The notes under the pieces are model-generated. The model had not been told where the DNA came from, did no database searches, and saw nothing but the letters and a program-made list of their open reading frames with translations. Below are positions 20,605 through 30,132 of a DNA stretch of 64,000 bases, in pieces (position 1 is the stretch's first letter; every line of letters begins with the position of its first letter). The translations under genes and the position numbers were made by a program. Source of the stretch: Candidatus Melainabacteria bacterium 17Bon1m (GTDB taxonomy: Bacteria > Cyanobacteriota > Vampirovibrionia > Obscuribacterales > Obscuribacteraceae); assembly GCA_032128875.1 (NCBI GenBank), contig JAVLKG010000002.1, positions 480,001 through 544,000 of the forward strand, given 5' to 3'.

Positions 20605-21978
20605 TTAAGCGCCAGGCACGTGTTTCTTTTCAGAGAGCAGCGCGGTGCCCATAATTTCTTTTACGCCCATCTCTCCAATCATTTGACCAAGCAACGACTC
20701 CGAACATGCCAGCAAAACTGGATTGCGTGTCATCAGAGCTATCTGATAGTTGTCTATGGCCATGTGCGCTTCTTCACCAATGACTTTGCAGCGGCTCTCA
20801 AAACGTTTGTCTAAATAGAGTTCTTTCAGCAACTTGCATGACTCTGGTCCGCCTGTCGCCATGACGTAGCTAAGCAGAGCAACCTTTGCTCCCGGACCTA
20901 TAAAGCTTGGTGTCAGAGCTGCAATACCGAGTCCCGTTTGCAAGACTTGTGAAGTCACCATCGAAAGACGGCTTTTGTGGTTGTATTTATGAACTCTTTT
21001 CTTGATCTCTTTAACCACTGGATCTTCTTCAATCGAAGCTTTGAAGATTTGATTTTGTTTCGTCTGCTTTTGTGCGACATCCCAGATCTTTTGTTCGTAA
21101 ACTGATTCGGGTACTTCAAAGTTTTCTTGAAACCCTGTGAGCATCTTCACTGTCTTTTGTGCTTCTTCTTCTCCAACGAGTTCTTTTAGCGACTTGATTC
21201 CGGCGTCAGTGATTTCCTGACCCCTTCCTCTATCCTGCATGCCAATGCCCATTGCCATTTGGAACATGCAAGTCGTCACTTTCAAATGTGTATCATCGAT
21301 GTTCTTTTGTCGTGCAAATTCGGCAGATGCGCGGCTCTTCATTTTTAGCTTTTCGCCCAAAATAATGTCGCCAGCTTCAGCCGAAGGCCCAAATCCTCTG
21401 TAGGGGATCATGTAGTCGAAGGCATCTTTCGTCTCGGCAATAACAATCTGACTCTTTTTTCGGTAGTGCGAAACCGCCATATCAATCGATTTTGTCTTTT
21501 CATCACGCGCAAGGGCACTCTCAAGCAGTCGGTCTATTTGCGAGCCAACATGCTGATACGGATCTGCGGTGCTGATTGAGCCTGTTAATTCCTTCGGCTG
21601 TTCAACCTGCGCTTGCGGCTGTACTGCAATACTTTGCTTTGTGACCTTCGATGTTTTTCTAGTTAAAAGAGACAGTGGTCCATCAATTGGAACTGCCCAA
21701 CCAGAAGCTAGAGGTTCCGAAGCTTCACCTTGATTCGTTTCGAATCCGGTCGATAGTGTCGACTCAGTGCTTAGCTGTCTGTTATTTGTTAATGGACCGT
21801 GATAAGGCGTTGCTAATCTCTTGGCATCATTGCTGGCTGAAGAAGCAAGGGTAGCTACTGGATTCAGGAAGGCGGCAATTAAAGAGAGGCAGAGGGACGT
21901 TTTCCAGGCTCTCTGATGCATTTGCGACTTACGGGAAAGATGCGCCGCTGTACCTGTAGGGATTCCTTTCGGACTCAT
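20605..21978 (-). CDS. Exported hypothetical protein, mostly helical
   Basis: 457 aa ORF with GGAG RBS, signal-peptide-like segment (LCLSLIAAFLNPVATLA) and a late hydrophobic hairpin. Confidence 0.75.
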   Translation of the reverse strand: MSPKGIPTGTAAHLSRKSQMHQRAWKTSLCLSLIAAFLNPVATLASSASNDAKRLATPYHGPLTNNRQLSTESTLSTGFETNQGEASEPLASGWAVPIDGPLSLLTRKTSKVTKQSIAVQPQAQVEQPKELTGSISTADPYQHVGSQIDRLLESALARDEKTKSIDMAVSHYRKKSQIVIAETKDAFDYMIPYRGFGPSAEAGDIILGEKLKMKSRASAEFARQKNIDDTHLKVTTCMFQMAMGIGMQDRGRGQEITDAGIKSLKELVGEEEAQKTVKMLTGFQENFEVPESVYEQKIWDVAQKQTKQNQIFKASIEEDPVVKEIKKRVHKYNHKSRLSMVTSQVLQTGLGIAALTPSFIGPGAKVALLSYVMATGGPESCKLLKELYLDKRFESRCKVIGEEAHMAIDNYQIALMTRNPVLLACSESLLGQMIGEMGVKEIMGTALLSEKKHVPGA

Positions 21979-22207
21979 AAAAGAAGGCTCCTGGAGACAT
22001 TCGTGAGGAATGTCATGCTATTGGCAGCCCTCAAGAGTACCAGACTTTCTCTTGAAGTCTCGAAAGGCGCAAGCAATGTCTCGTAAAACCTTTCTTAGAG
22101 ATATCAAGACGATCTCAAATCATTACGAAACCAGCAGGCGTGTTTGCTTCTGATTGTGTGAAGGGTAGCACCATATCTGGTGCACAGCGCGAATGCTTGG
22201 CGAACGT

Positions 22208-23236
22208 CTAGCGAAAAGCTTGCGCTTCCCAGCGTTCTCCCAACGTGGTTTCGCCTTCCAGATAAGGGCCTGAATAAGAGCCTTCATTCAAAATACTGAC
22301 GTTCGCTCTAAAGGTCAGTTCTTTGCTTGTTTTTGCTCCTTTCGCCTTTTCGTATTTGCGCACGAATTGAAGCTTGGGAAACGAGTACCAGCCCTTGAGT
22401 GTGAATTTCTCTTTTGTCTCTTCGTCGAATCCGTGACCTCTCACGTTTCCGGCCTCTTGCTCGATATACATAGTCGAATGGATTGTTTTGCCGTGATAGA
22501 GAAATCCCATGTTCCACTTACCGGACAAGTGAGGAGCCTTGCTGGGATCGGCAGATTGTTGCGGTGGCGGGCCTTGGTCTGGAGGAGGACCTTGCGGCTG
22601 GCCTTGATCGGGCGGCATTTGCTGTTGCATCTGCTGATTTGGCATTTGCTGTTGGCCCTGAGCTGGCGGCGGCGACGGGTCGGAAATCGCTGAGGTCTGT
22701 GCCTCCCATTTACCTTCAATGATTTTGCCGTTAAAAGCAGTTACGTACTCGCCTTCCATGTACGGACCTTTGTAGCCCATGGCATCCACCATGCGCATCT
22801 TGCCGTTGTATTCGATTGGAGCGCCCTTGCCTGTTGAATATTTCTTGTAAAAACGGACTTCTCCGCTACCGGTGACTTTCCCTTCGGTGATATTGAAAGG
22901 CGAACTATTGTGGTCGTCCGAACCTGTACCTTGAAAGTTGTTGCCAGTCTGCGTGATACGGGCGCTGGCGGTCATTGGCTTATTGCTGACGGTGTAGTTT
23001 ATCTTCCAGTATCCGGCGATATTGGGAGCATTGCTGGGGGCCGAGCCACCGCCCTGCTGCGCCTGACCCCCACCTTGTCCATCTTTCGGTTTGCCAGGAA
23101 GAGAAATGTTGGCGCATCCGCCAAGAATGAACGAAAGGGACAGCGCCAATGATAGACGGCTTGCTTGGAGCAGTCTTTTGGAAATGCTGGGATCGCTTGC
23201 TACGCAAGTGGCTTTTGAAAATTCTTTTTGAATCAT
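22208..23236 (-). CDS. Putative lipoprotein with two tandem copies of a beta-rich domain
   Basis: Lipobox-like ILGGC; repeats APNIAGYW...GPYMEGE...WEAQ and APHLSGKW...GPYLEGE...WEAQ separated by a Q/P linker. Confidence 0.75.
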   Translation of the reverse strand: MIQKEFSKATCVASDPSISKRLLQASRLSLALSLSFILGGCANISLPGKPKDGQGGGQAQQGGGSAPSNAPNIAGYWKINYTVSNKPMTASARITQTGNNFQGTGSDDHNSSPFNITEGKVTGSGEVRFYKKYSTGKGAPIEYNGKMRMVDAMGYKGPYMEGEYVTAFNGKIIEGKWEAQTSAISDPSPPPAQGQQQMPNQQMQQQMPPDQGQPQGPPPDQGPPPQQSADPSKAPHLSGKWNMGFLYHGKTIHSTMYIEQEAGNVRGHGFDEETKEKFTLKGWYSFPKLQFVRKYEKAKGAKTSKELTFRANVSILNEGSYSGPYLEGETTLGERWEAQAFR

Positions 23237-23537
23237 TCGTTTTTAGAACCGGAATAGTAAGGAGGCAAATCGCTAGCCTGGTGGTAGTTTTGTGCCTCAG
23301 CATCTCTCTGATGCTTTCTAGTACGAATTCTAGCGTTCTTTCGCCACCTGAAATGCCCTAGAACACACTCCTAAACTGCATAAAAGGATAGAAATGTATC
23401 GTTTTTGGGTATTTTTAATCTTGGATGGGAATTCCACCATGGACACGCCATATTTAATGTTTCAGAATACTGACAACTTACTATGTGACTCCCCAGTCGC
23501 ACATTTCTAAATCCTTAACGACGCACGGGACCATTCC

Positions 23538-25502
23538 ATGGCCGCCAACGCAGCTAAAGCTGATGAAAAGGATGTCGCAAAAAGCGGCACTCAGCAGCCT
23601 GACGCCGCGAAAAAGGAAGGCGAAGACGACGATAAGGTCGAGGGCCAGGAGAGTGAGGAGCAGTCAACTGAGGACACCTGGGCAAAGTGTGTTTCTGACC
23701 CAGCCTGGTGGGACATAGGCGGACAGTGCAAGAAAGTCGGACAAATTGCAGAAGGTGCTTGGGATGGCATGATTTCCAGCATCTGGCCCGAAGACAAGCC
23801 TAAAGAACAGCCGAAAGTCACACCGGCTGTTGCAACTACTACTGATGCCGCCACGCCCGATGCAGCCAAGGCTGAGAAGCGCGGCTTTTTTGGTGCAATT
23901 GCAGATGGCGCTGGAGCACTGTGGAGCGGCGCTAAGGCGCTCGCTGATGGAGTTGGTAACGTGGTCAGCGATGCCTGGAAGGGCGTTTTTGGTCAAGACG
24001 CGCAGATGGAAATTACTGACGCGGACAAGAATGGCAAAACAGACAAAGTAACCGTAACGCAGAAAGACGGCGACGTCATTACGACCGACATTGACAGAAC
24101 AACCATCAAAAAGCCGGACGGTACTCTTGTCACACGCGACAGAGGCGTCACCACAGTAGAGAAAGATGGAATCTCTATTACTCGTGACCGCAACGGTAAT
24201 GAAACGTTCAAGTTAAAGGACGGAACGACTGGTCGCGTCAGTGAGAACGGTGACATGAGCGTAGAGCTCAAAGCATTGCGTGAAAAAATCACCAAGGACG
24301 GTGTATACGGCGAAATTGAAACAGCCAACCGTTTTAATAAGGTTACCTACTTTAATACTCATCTTCGATACAGCCAATTGAGCCGCGAACAGAGAGACCG
24401 GGACGTCGTCAATGCCGGCGATCAGTCTGTCATGCGCGTAGATAAAGAGAATGGCATTCACGTTGTGCAAGGTACGACTGCAGAAGGAGACAAACGAGCA
24501 TTCTTTACTAAGGAAGGCAGTCAGGACATCGTTCAGATTGGTGTCGTGGACGGACAGCGTGTCTTCCGTGTTGGCAGACTTGGTGCCGACGGCAAGCCCG
24601 ATCCCAGCTCGTTTAAGTCAATGCGCGAAGGCGCTGAACTGCCTGATTGGTTCAAAGGTTTCGGACGCAGAAAATGTCACGGACGCGATCCCGTAAACGC
24701 GAACGAACTTATGGATGCCGCGGGCGTGAAAGTTGAGAACGGAAATGTCACCGTCACTCACGAAAACATGAAGATCGGACCTGCAGCTAATGGTGGCGCT
24801 ACAGTTGAAGTGCGCAGAGGCGATGGTCCGAACGACATTGTCAGACTAGAAAACGTCAACGGCAAACAGAAAGTCGATGATGTCGCGAACAAACAGACCA
24901 CAGAGTGGGATGGTGCCAATCACCAGTATTCGCAAAAGAATGACGGCAAAGAACAAATCAGCTACAACCCCGAAGAAAGACATTTAAAGGTCTACGACGA
25001 GAAAGGCAATTTGTTCGCCGACAGTACTCGCGGTGGAACTACATATGCGGACGGCTCGCACGTCGGAGCCGACGGTTCGTACACATCGAGCAGCGGCACC
25101 AAATACTTCAGTCATGAATACCAACAAGTTCAGACAGCCACTAACGCATCTGTCCAGGCTATAGCAGGCGCTGACGGACATATTGGTTCTTTCAAAGCTG
25201 CCCTGGGCAAGCCTGGTGTTGCAGTCGACATGGGAGAACTGACTGGCAGTATGGGTAACCTAACAACGGCTTTAGCTTTGTGCCTGAAGAGTGGAAATTT
25301 CACCCATCTGGCTGGAATTCTCAGCAGAATGGGAGAAGTTCAAAGCCTTATGGCTCTTGGAATTCAGCACAATGCTGATGTTCAAACAATCAAGGCGGCA
25401 GTTCCAAACGCAACAGAGACGCAAATCGCTTCCACCAAGCCTGCGCCCAATGATGTTTCCGTACACCAGCTCCAAGAGTTGAATCGTCGCGCCACTGCCT
25501 AA
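23538..25502 (+). CDS. Large hypothetical protein with amphipathic helices and DG-turn beta repeats
   Basis: 654 aa ORF; acidic N-terminus, G/A/W-rich amphipathic segment, many (K/P)DG/NG turns and a helical C-terminus. Confidence 0.8.
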   Translation: MAANAAKADEKDVAKSGTQQPDAAKKEGEDDDKVEGQESEEQSTEDTWAKCVSDPAWWDIGGQCKKVGQIAEGAWDGMISSIWPEDKPKEQPKVTPAVATTTDAATPDAAKAEKRGFFGAIADGAGALWSGAKALADGVGNVVSDAWKGVFGQDAQMEITDADKNGKTDKVTVTQKDGDVITTDIDRTTIKKPDGTLVTRDRGVTTVEKDGISITRDRNGNETFKLKDGTTGRVSENGDMSVELKALREKITKDGVYGEIETANRFNKVTYFNTHLRYSQLSREQRDRDVVNAGDQSVMRVDKENGIHVVQGTTAEGDKRAFFTKEGSQDIVQIGVVDGQRVFRVGRLGADGKPDPSSFKSMREGAELPDWFKGFGRRKCHGRDPVNANELMDAAGVKVENGNVTVTHENMKIGPAANGGATVEVRRGDGPNDIVRLENVNGKQKVDDVANKQTTEWDGANHQYSQKNDGKEQISYNPEERHLKVYDEKGNLFADSTRGGTTYADGSHVGADGSYTSSSGTKYFSHEYQQVQTATNASVQAIAGADGHIGSFKAALGKPGVAVDMGELTGSMGNLTTALALCLKSGNFTHLAGILSRMGEVQSLMALGIQHNADVQTIKAAVPNATETQIASTKPAPNDVSVHQLQELNRRATA

Positions 25503-25526
25503 AGCTCTTGACTGGCAAGCTTTAGG
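25498..25526 (+). terminator. Possible terminator hairpin
   Basis: CCTAAAGCT...AGCTTTAGG inverted repeat overlapping the stop codon; weak U tract. Confidence 0.35.
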
Positions 25527-25604
25527 GTCGCTTTATTGTGGTTCTTGACTCATAGTCATTTCTCGTCTGCTAACATTTGATAGTCAGCCAGCTGGGAGTT
25601 TGCC

Positions 25605-25820
25605 GTGGCAATTCCAATGAACACTCCTGTGACCGTTTTGCTCATCAGTGGTGAGCAAGTCGAAGGCGAGGTCGCCATGGCGGATCAAAACACCTATCTC
25701 TGCCTTCGCAGAGAAAATGAGACTCTCTATTTACCCTGGTCTGCCATCAAGTGTGTCAGGGGACCTGTGCTGCCGGAGCGCTCACCTTTAGGGGCTGCAA
25801 GATTTCCACCACAGACTTAG
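25605..25820 (+). CDS. Small Sm/Hfq-like protein
   Basis: GGGAG RBS before GTG; PVTVLLISGEQVEGEV...DQ...LCL...LYLPWSAIKCV follows the Sm1/Sm2 pattern. Confidence 0.6.
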   Translation: MAIPMNTPVTVLLISGEQVEGEVAMADQNTYLCLRRENETLYLPWSAIKCVRGPVLPERSPLGAARFPPQT

Positions 25821-25907
25821 CGCTGCGTCTGCGTTGTCTTTCATTGCATGACCGCACGTTGAGGGATTTTCTCAGGTTTTTCCCTCAACATTCTTGTCTG
25901 TCAGAGC

Positions 25908-26333
25908 CTATTTAAAAGCCGGCTCGATTCCATTGGCTGTGAGCCACTTTTCTATTCTGTTCAACATGATCTTCTCTCTAAACTGATCGAAGCGTTGCAG
26001 CTCTTCTGGATATTTTTCTAGGATCTTTCTGAACGCGCTGACTTTGTGCGGGCTTTCGAATGCAATAGGCAAAATGCTCTTCAAATCAGGCTTCTCGACT
26101 GTATTGAGGAATTCGTTTAGATCTTCGAGTAAATCTTCTTTGGAGAGTTTTGGCACGTAGAGAAAGCGCGTTGAGTTTCTCTCGATATCATCGGTAAGGT
26201 CTCTAAGTTCGATCAAGTTTCGGTTAACCATGCGGGTTTCGCCCTCGATCTTGTCGAGATAATAGGAATTGTCCTGTGAGTCGTCGAGCCACGCAAAGAT
26301 AATGTCTTTGGTAACTACTCTCAGTTTGTCCAA
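25908..26333 (-). CDS. UPF0158-family protein
   Basis: TTG start with AAAGGAG RBS; YYLDKIEGE, RFLYVP, AFRKIL and final EKWLTANGIEP match the family pattern. Confidence 0.75.
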   Translation of the reverse strand: MDKLRVVTKDIIFAWLDDSQDNSYYLDKIEGETRMVNRNLIELRDLTDDIERNSTRFLYVPKLSKEDLLEDLNEFLNTVEKPDLKSILPIAFESPHKVSAFRKILEKYPEELQRFDQFREKIMLNRIEKWLTANGIEPAFK

Positions 26334-26346
26334 ACCAAAAACTCCT

Positions 26347-28809
26347 TTATTGACCTTTGTCAACCAAAAGCCAGATTCTATCACTGAAATTACCTACTGG
26401 TTTCCCTTCTGCATCGACTGCTGCAACTCTAATTCCGTAAATGCCAGTCTTTTCGAATTTGTCCAAGCCGAGTCTTACATTGCCCGACGTTCCACTCAAA
26501 TCCTGTTTGAAAGCGACTGCCTCTGGGATTTCACCGCCTTCTGTCTGAAGTCTAAATTGATTTTTGGGAGAAGAAAATAGTATTGCTTTAGTACCACCTG
26601 TGATGGCGGAAATGTCATAACTTAAATTGACTTCCCTTTGACTTTTGTCGATGTGGTACAAACCTAGCTCAGCACTGTCTGGATAGTTAAAACACAGATC
26701 AGCGAAGCGATTAGGTAAATGAGCATTTCCGCTTACTTCATGTATTGAGTCAATATTTTCTGCAAACTTGAGCTTCGCAAACAAGCTCTTGCCTGCTTCA
26801 GTTTCTGTTCCTTGTTTGACGATTCCCACCTCTTGCACCTCGACTGTAGCGCTCGAGGGAAAGCCTATCATCATCTGCGTAATGGGTCCGTTTGCTGCCC
26901 AGCCCGTCGAACGCAACGAAAGATAGTATCGGTGAAACTCATTGTCATTCATTTTTGCCCGGGCAATGGCGCGGCGATCTTCTTTCTCGTATTGACCAGT
27001 CTGCATCGTCATCCAGTGTAGTTCTACATTCGGATTGCTTGGCACAACCGGAGTGGTTATTCTCGCATCGACATAGAATGCGTCTCCATCTAATGGACTT
27101 AAAACCCGTGAAAATAGACTTATTCCAGGTTCATGCTCAGAGTTGCTTGTGATTTTGAGAATGTTTTGCTGTTCATCCAGGCTGACGGTTTTCCAAAACT
27201 GCAATGGAGGATTGAGCGCGCTGCCTAACTCTTTTGCATTTAAGACGAATGGCGGGTTGTTGGTTTTTGGGTCAACTTCTACTTGTACAAGCGAGCTGAA
27301 TGTTCCGTCCCAGCGGGTCGTGCTGCCGAGGAATTTACCAGCCGCCAGAGAATCCTTAAGCGGTCCACCTGACACGGTAGGAGCACGCAGAAGACCATTG
27401 AATGCATCCAGAACTACTGGACGGAATGGAGAAATAATTGGCATGAAAGCGAGGCTTCGAGGTAAGTCTTTAGCTAGGCAGTAAGCTGCTTTTTCTTTTG
27501 CACAGACAATTTTTGCGGACTTCTGAATCTTTTGCAGGAGCCTTGATGCACTCTTATAACTCTGGGTTTGGGCAAATGAGTGACGACACGACACTATGAT
27601 GAAAGTCAGACAAACAGCCACGGCCGGCGCGGCGGCCCACAATCGTTTTTCATTCAGCGCCGATGCCAGACCGAAGCATAGTATTGGAATCAAAAGTGCC
27701 ATGCCAGCTTGAGCGTGCGCTAAATAGCGATGTCCATAGAAATCATCGCCAACTACTGATTGATTGCCACCAATCATCAAACCAAAAAACACCCACGCGG
27801 CTGCTGTAAGAACTGCGACGCGATACTTTGGAAGTTTGAATAGACCATATGCTGAAAGCGCGGCCGCAAGCCCGAAAATAATATAGAGAATGACGTATTC
27901 CAGACTATATTTCTTCCAGAGAGTGCGGTTGATGGGAAACATCAACGTCAGCAACATGCTACGGATTCCGTCAGGAAACATTGCTAAAAGCGAACCAATC
28001 GGATCTGTGCCTCTAAAAATTTCGAGCGCCATAAGTGTGATCGACACGAGAAAAAGCGTGCCAAGAGTTGCGAAAAAGCGCTTTCTACCTATTGTCGCGG
28101 TGTCTTTCCATAGAGTTCGATATTGATCTCTAGCTTGTGTATCCAAAGCAAAATTGAGCAATTCGAACATCGCAACAATCTTTATCAAGTACCAGCTTTT
28201 GGTATATGCGAGATACGAACATACAAAAAATACGATGGCAAGAATGCTGTTCAGTTTTGCTTTGTTTTCACGACCCGCTTTTACGATCGGATGCGCAGAT
28301 AGATAGCAGTTGAACGAAAGCGCGAAAAAGAGAATAGAAAGTTCGATTCCTGAGGCGCCAATGAAGTTTACTAGTTCTGCGCTTAACGGATGGACTGCAA
28401 AAATGATTGCTGCAAAAGCAGAGATAAGAATAGAAACAATGTTAGAACGCCAAGTCCACGCTGTTAAACTGCCGGTATCTGTGAGTTTTCGCGCCACCAA
28501 ATATAGCGCCACGCTACAGCCTGCATGGATAATCATCGACGCAAGTTTTGCTAGTCCAGCCCCGGATTGAGACAAGAAGACACATGTGAGGCTCGCCAAC
28601 GGTCCAAAGGCATCTTGAGCGCTGGGACCGTTCCATGCAAAATAATTACCCCAGCCGCCTGCAGCAGAGCCGGCAATGAGAGCTTTTGTCCAAGCTGCAA
28701 TGAATTGTTCGTCAAGAAGGTACTGACTGCCTAGTGCAGGCATAAACGCTATCAGTGTAGCCAGGAATGACAACACCGCAATGCCGATACAGAGTGATTT
28801 TTCTTGCAT
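26347..28809 (-). CDS. Polytopic membrane protein, GT-C/TMTC-like glycosyltransferase with large extracytoplasmic C-terminal region
   Basis: About 11 TM segments, first-loop LLDE acidic pair, IIFAVHPLSAELV motif, late HRYLA and a beta-rich C-terminus. Confidence 0.6.
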   Translation of the reverse strand: MQEKSLCIGIAVLSFLATLIAFMPALGSQYLLDEQFIAAWTKALIAGSAAGGWGNYFAWNGPSAQDAFGPLASLTCVFLSQSGAGLAKLASMIIHAGCSVALYLVARKLTDTGSLTAWTWRSNIVSILISAFAAIIFAVHPLSAELVNFIGASGIELSILFFALSFNCYLSAHPIVKAGRENKAKLNSILAIVFFVCSYLAYTKSWYLIKIVAMFELLNFALDTQARDQYRTLWKDTATIGRKRFFATLGTLFLVSITLMALEIFRGTDPIGSLLAMFPDGIRSMLLTLMFPINRTLWKKYSLEYVILYIIFGLAAALSAYGLFKLPKYRVAVLTAAAWVFFGLMIGGNQSVVGDDFYGHRYLAHAQAGMALLIPILCFGLASALNEKRLWAAAPAVAVCLTFIIVSCRHSFAQTQSYKSASRLLQKIQKSAKIVCAKEKAAYCLAKDLPRSLAFMPIISPFRPVVLDAFNGLLRAPTVSGGPLKDSLAAGKFLGSTTRWDGTFSSLVQVEVDPKTNNPPFVLNAKELGSALNPPLQFWKTVSLDEQQNILKITSNSEHEPGISLFSRVLSPLDGDAFYVDARITTPVVPSNPNVELHWMTMQTGQYEKEDRRAIARAKMNDNEFHRYYLSLRSTGWAANGPITQMMIGFPSSATVEVQEVGIVKQGTETEAGKSLFAKLKFAENIDSIHEVSGNAHLPNRFADLCFNYPDSAELGLYHIDKSQREVNLSYDISAITGGTKAILFSSPKNQFRLQTEGGEIPEAVAFKQDLSGTSGNVRLGLDKFEKTGIYGIRVAAVDAEGKPVGNFSDRIWLLVDKGQ

Positions 28810-28878
28810 TTTGCTGCTCAGTCTATCGCATCATTGATTTATAAGCTAATTGCTCTTTTATGCTGCATAATTTCTTTT

Positions 28879-30117
28879 ATGGGCGGAGAAGCAATACTGC
28901 ATATCCCTGAGGGTATTAATTTCGACTGCACCGGTTGTGGAAACTGTTGCTTTTCATGGCCTGTGCCTCTGACTGACGATGATTTGAAGCGCATTTGTTC
29001 CCTTGAAATACAAGGACATCACAAAGAGCCAGTTAATGTAATCAAAGCAGGAGTGGCTGGCGGTTCTGGACAGCGCGCGTTCACAAGTGCCCTGGGCAAG
29101 CGTGCAGATGGAAAGTGTCAGTATTTGTCGCCTGACAACCGCTGCGAGATTCATAATCAGTTTGGCGAGGAAGCCAAACCTTCAATGTGTCGCTTGTTTC
29201 CTTACACTTTTACGCCGACGCCTACTGGCGTCTGGGCTGCCGCCAGTTTCGCATCGACAGGTGTGCTTTATAACAGTGGACGTCCGCTCACTAGTCAGAA
29301 AGAGCACTTGATGAGAACTTACGAGTTGTTTCAATCGCTCTACCCAGATTTAGCACCGGATTGGACAAGCTTGCAGCTGGTCGACGGGCAGTCGCTCAGT
29401 TTTGATGAGTATCTCAAGGTTGAAACTGGTTTGCTCTCAGCACTATCTGAAAACAGCGCTGCTGCAATTTCTTCTTCTTCCGAATGGCGTACCGAAAAAA
29501 TCCTTTCTGGTTTAGCCAAACAAGCATCCACTCAAATCAAGCAAAAGCGTGATTTAGACAAGGTTCCCGGGCTAGAAACCAAGCCGCGTACCATTGACTC
29601 TCTTTTGGTAAGTTCATTGCTGAGTGCCTATTTCCCAGATGATGTTTATAGGGAAAACGCTTGTGAGATAGACACTGCGCAACTTGCTCGCAGTCTCGTT
29701 ATGCCACCAGCAAAGGTGCAACTTCAGTTCGATGGCAGACTTGTAAATTTCAGTGATTTGAACAATTACACTCTTGGTCGTCTCAATGAACAAGCAGAAA
29801 GCTTGCTCCGACGTTTTGCCTATTTGAAGGTCTTTTCAAAATTGTATTTTGGTCCTGGTTTTGCTGGTCTCAGTCTGATTGCAGGACTGAATCATCTTTC
29901 AGTGATCGTTTCACTGGTGCGTATCGTTATTAAATTACATAACTACACGAGCAATACAAAGGGCTCAGAGATTGCCTTTGAAGAAGTCGCGGAGTGTGTC
30001 CGGATGCTGGAAAGAAGGCTAACGGTAGCCAGCTATTCTCGAGAGACTAAGACGATGCTCGAGGTGCTTCTTTCCAGCTCTGAGAGAGCTGAACGTATAG
30101 CGATGCTTGCTTCTTAA
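28879..30117 (+). CDS. YkgJ-family CxxCxxCC cysteine-cluster protein (putative Fe-S/Zn, FliB-like)
   Basis: FDCTGCGNCC, GKCQYL...RCEIH and KPSMCRLFPY; start moved to MGGEA. Confidence 0.85.
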   Translation: MGGEAILHIPEGINFDCTGCGNCCFSWPVPLTDDDLKRICSLEIQGHHKEPVNVIKAGVAGGSGQRAFTSALGKRADGKCQYLSPDNRCEIHNQFGEEAKPSMCRLFPYTFTPTPTGVWAAASFASTGVLYNSGRPLTSQKEHLMRTYELFQSLYPDLAPDWTSLQLVDGQSLSFDEYLKVETGLLSALSENSAAAISSSSEWRTEKILSGLAKQASTQIKQKRDLDKVPGLETKPRTIDSLLVSSLLSAYFPDDVYRENACEIDTAQLARSLVMPPAKVQLQFDGRLVNFSDLNNYTLGRLNEQAESLLRRFAYLKVFSKLYFGPGFAGLSLIAGLNHLSVIVSLVRIVIKLHNYTSNTKGSEIAFEEVAECVRMLERRLTVASYSRETKTMLEVLLSSSERAERIAMLAS

Positions 30118-30132
30118 AAGGAGAAAGAAGAA

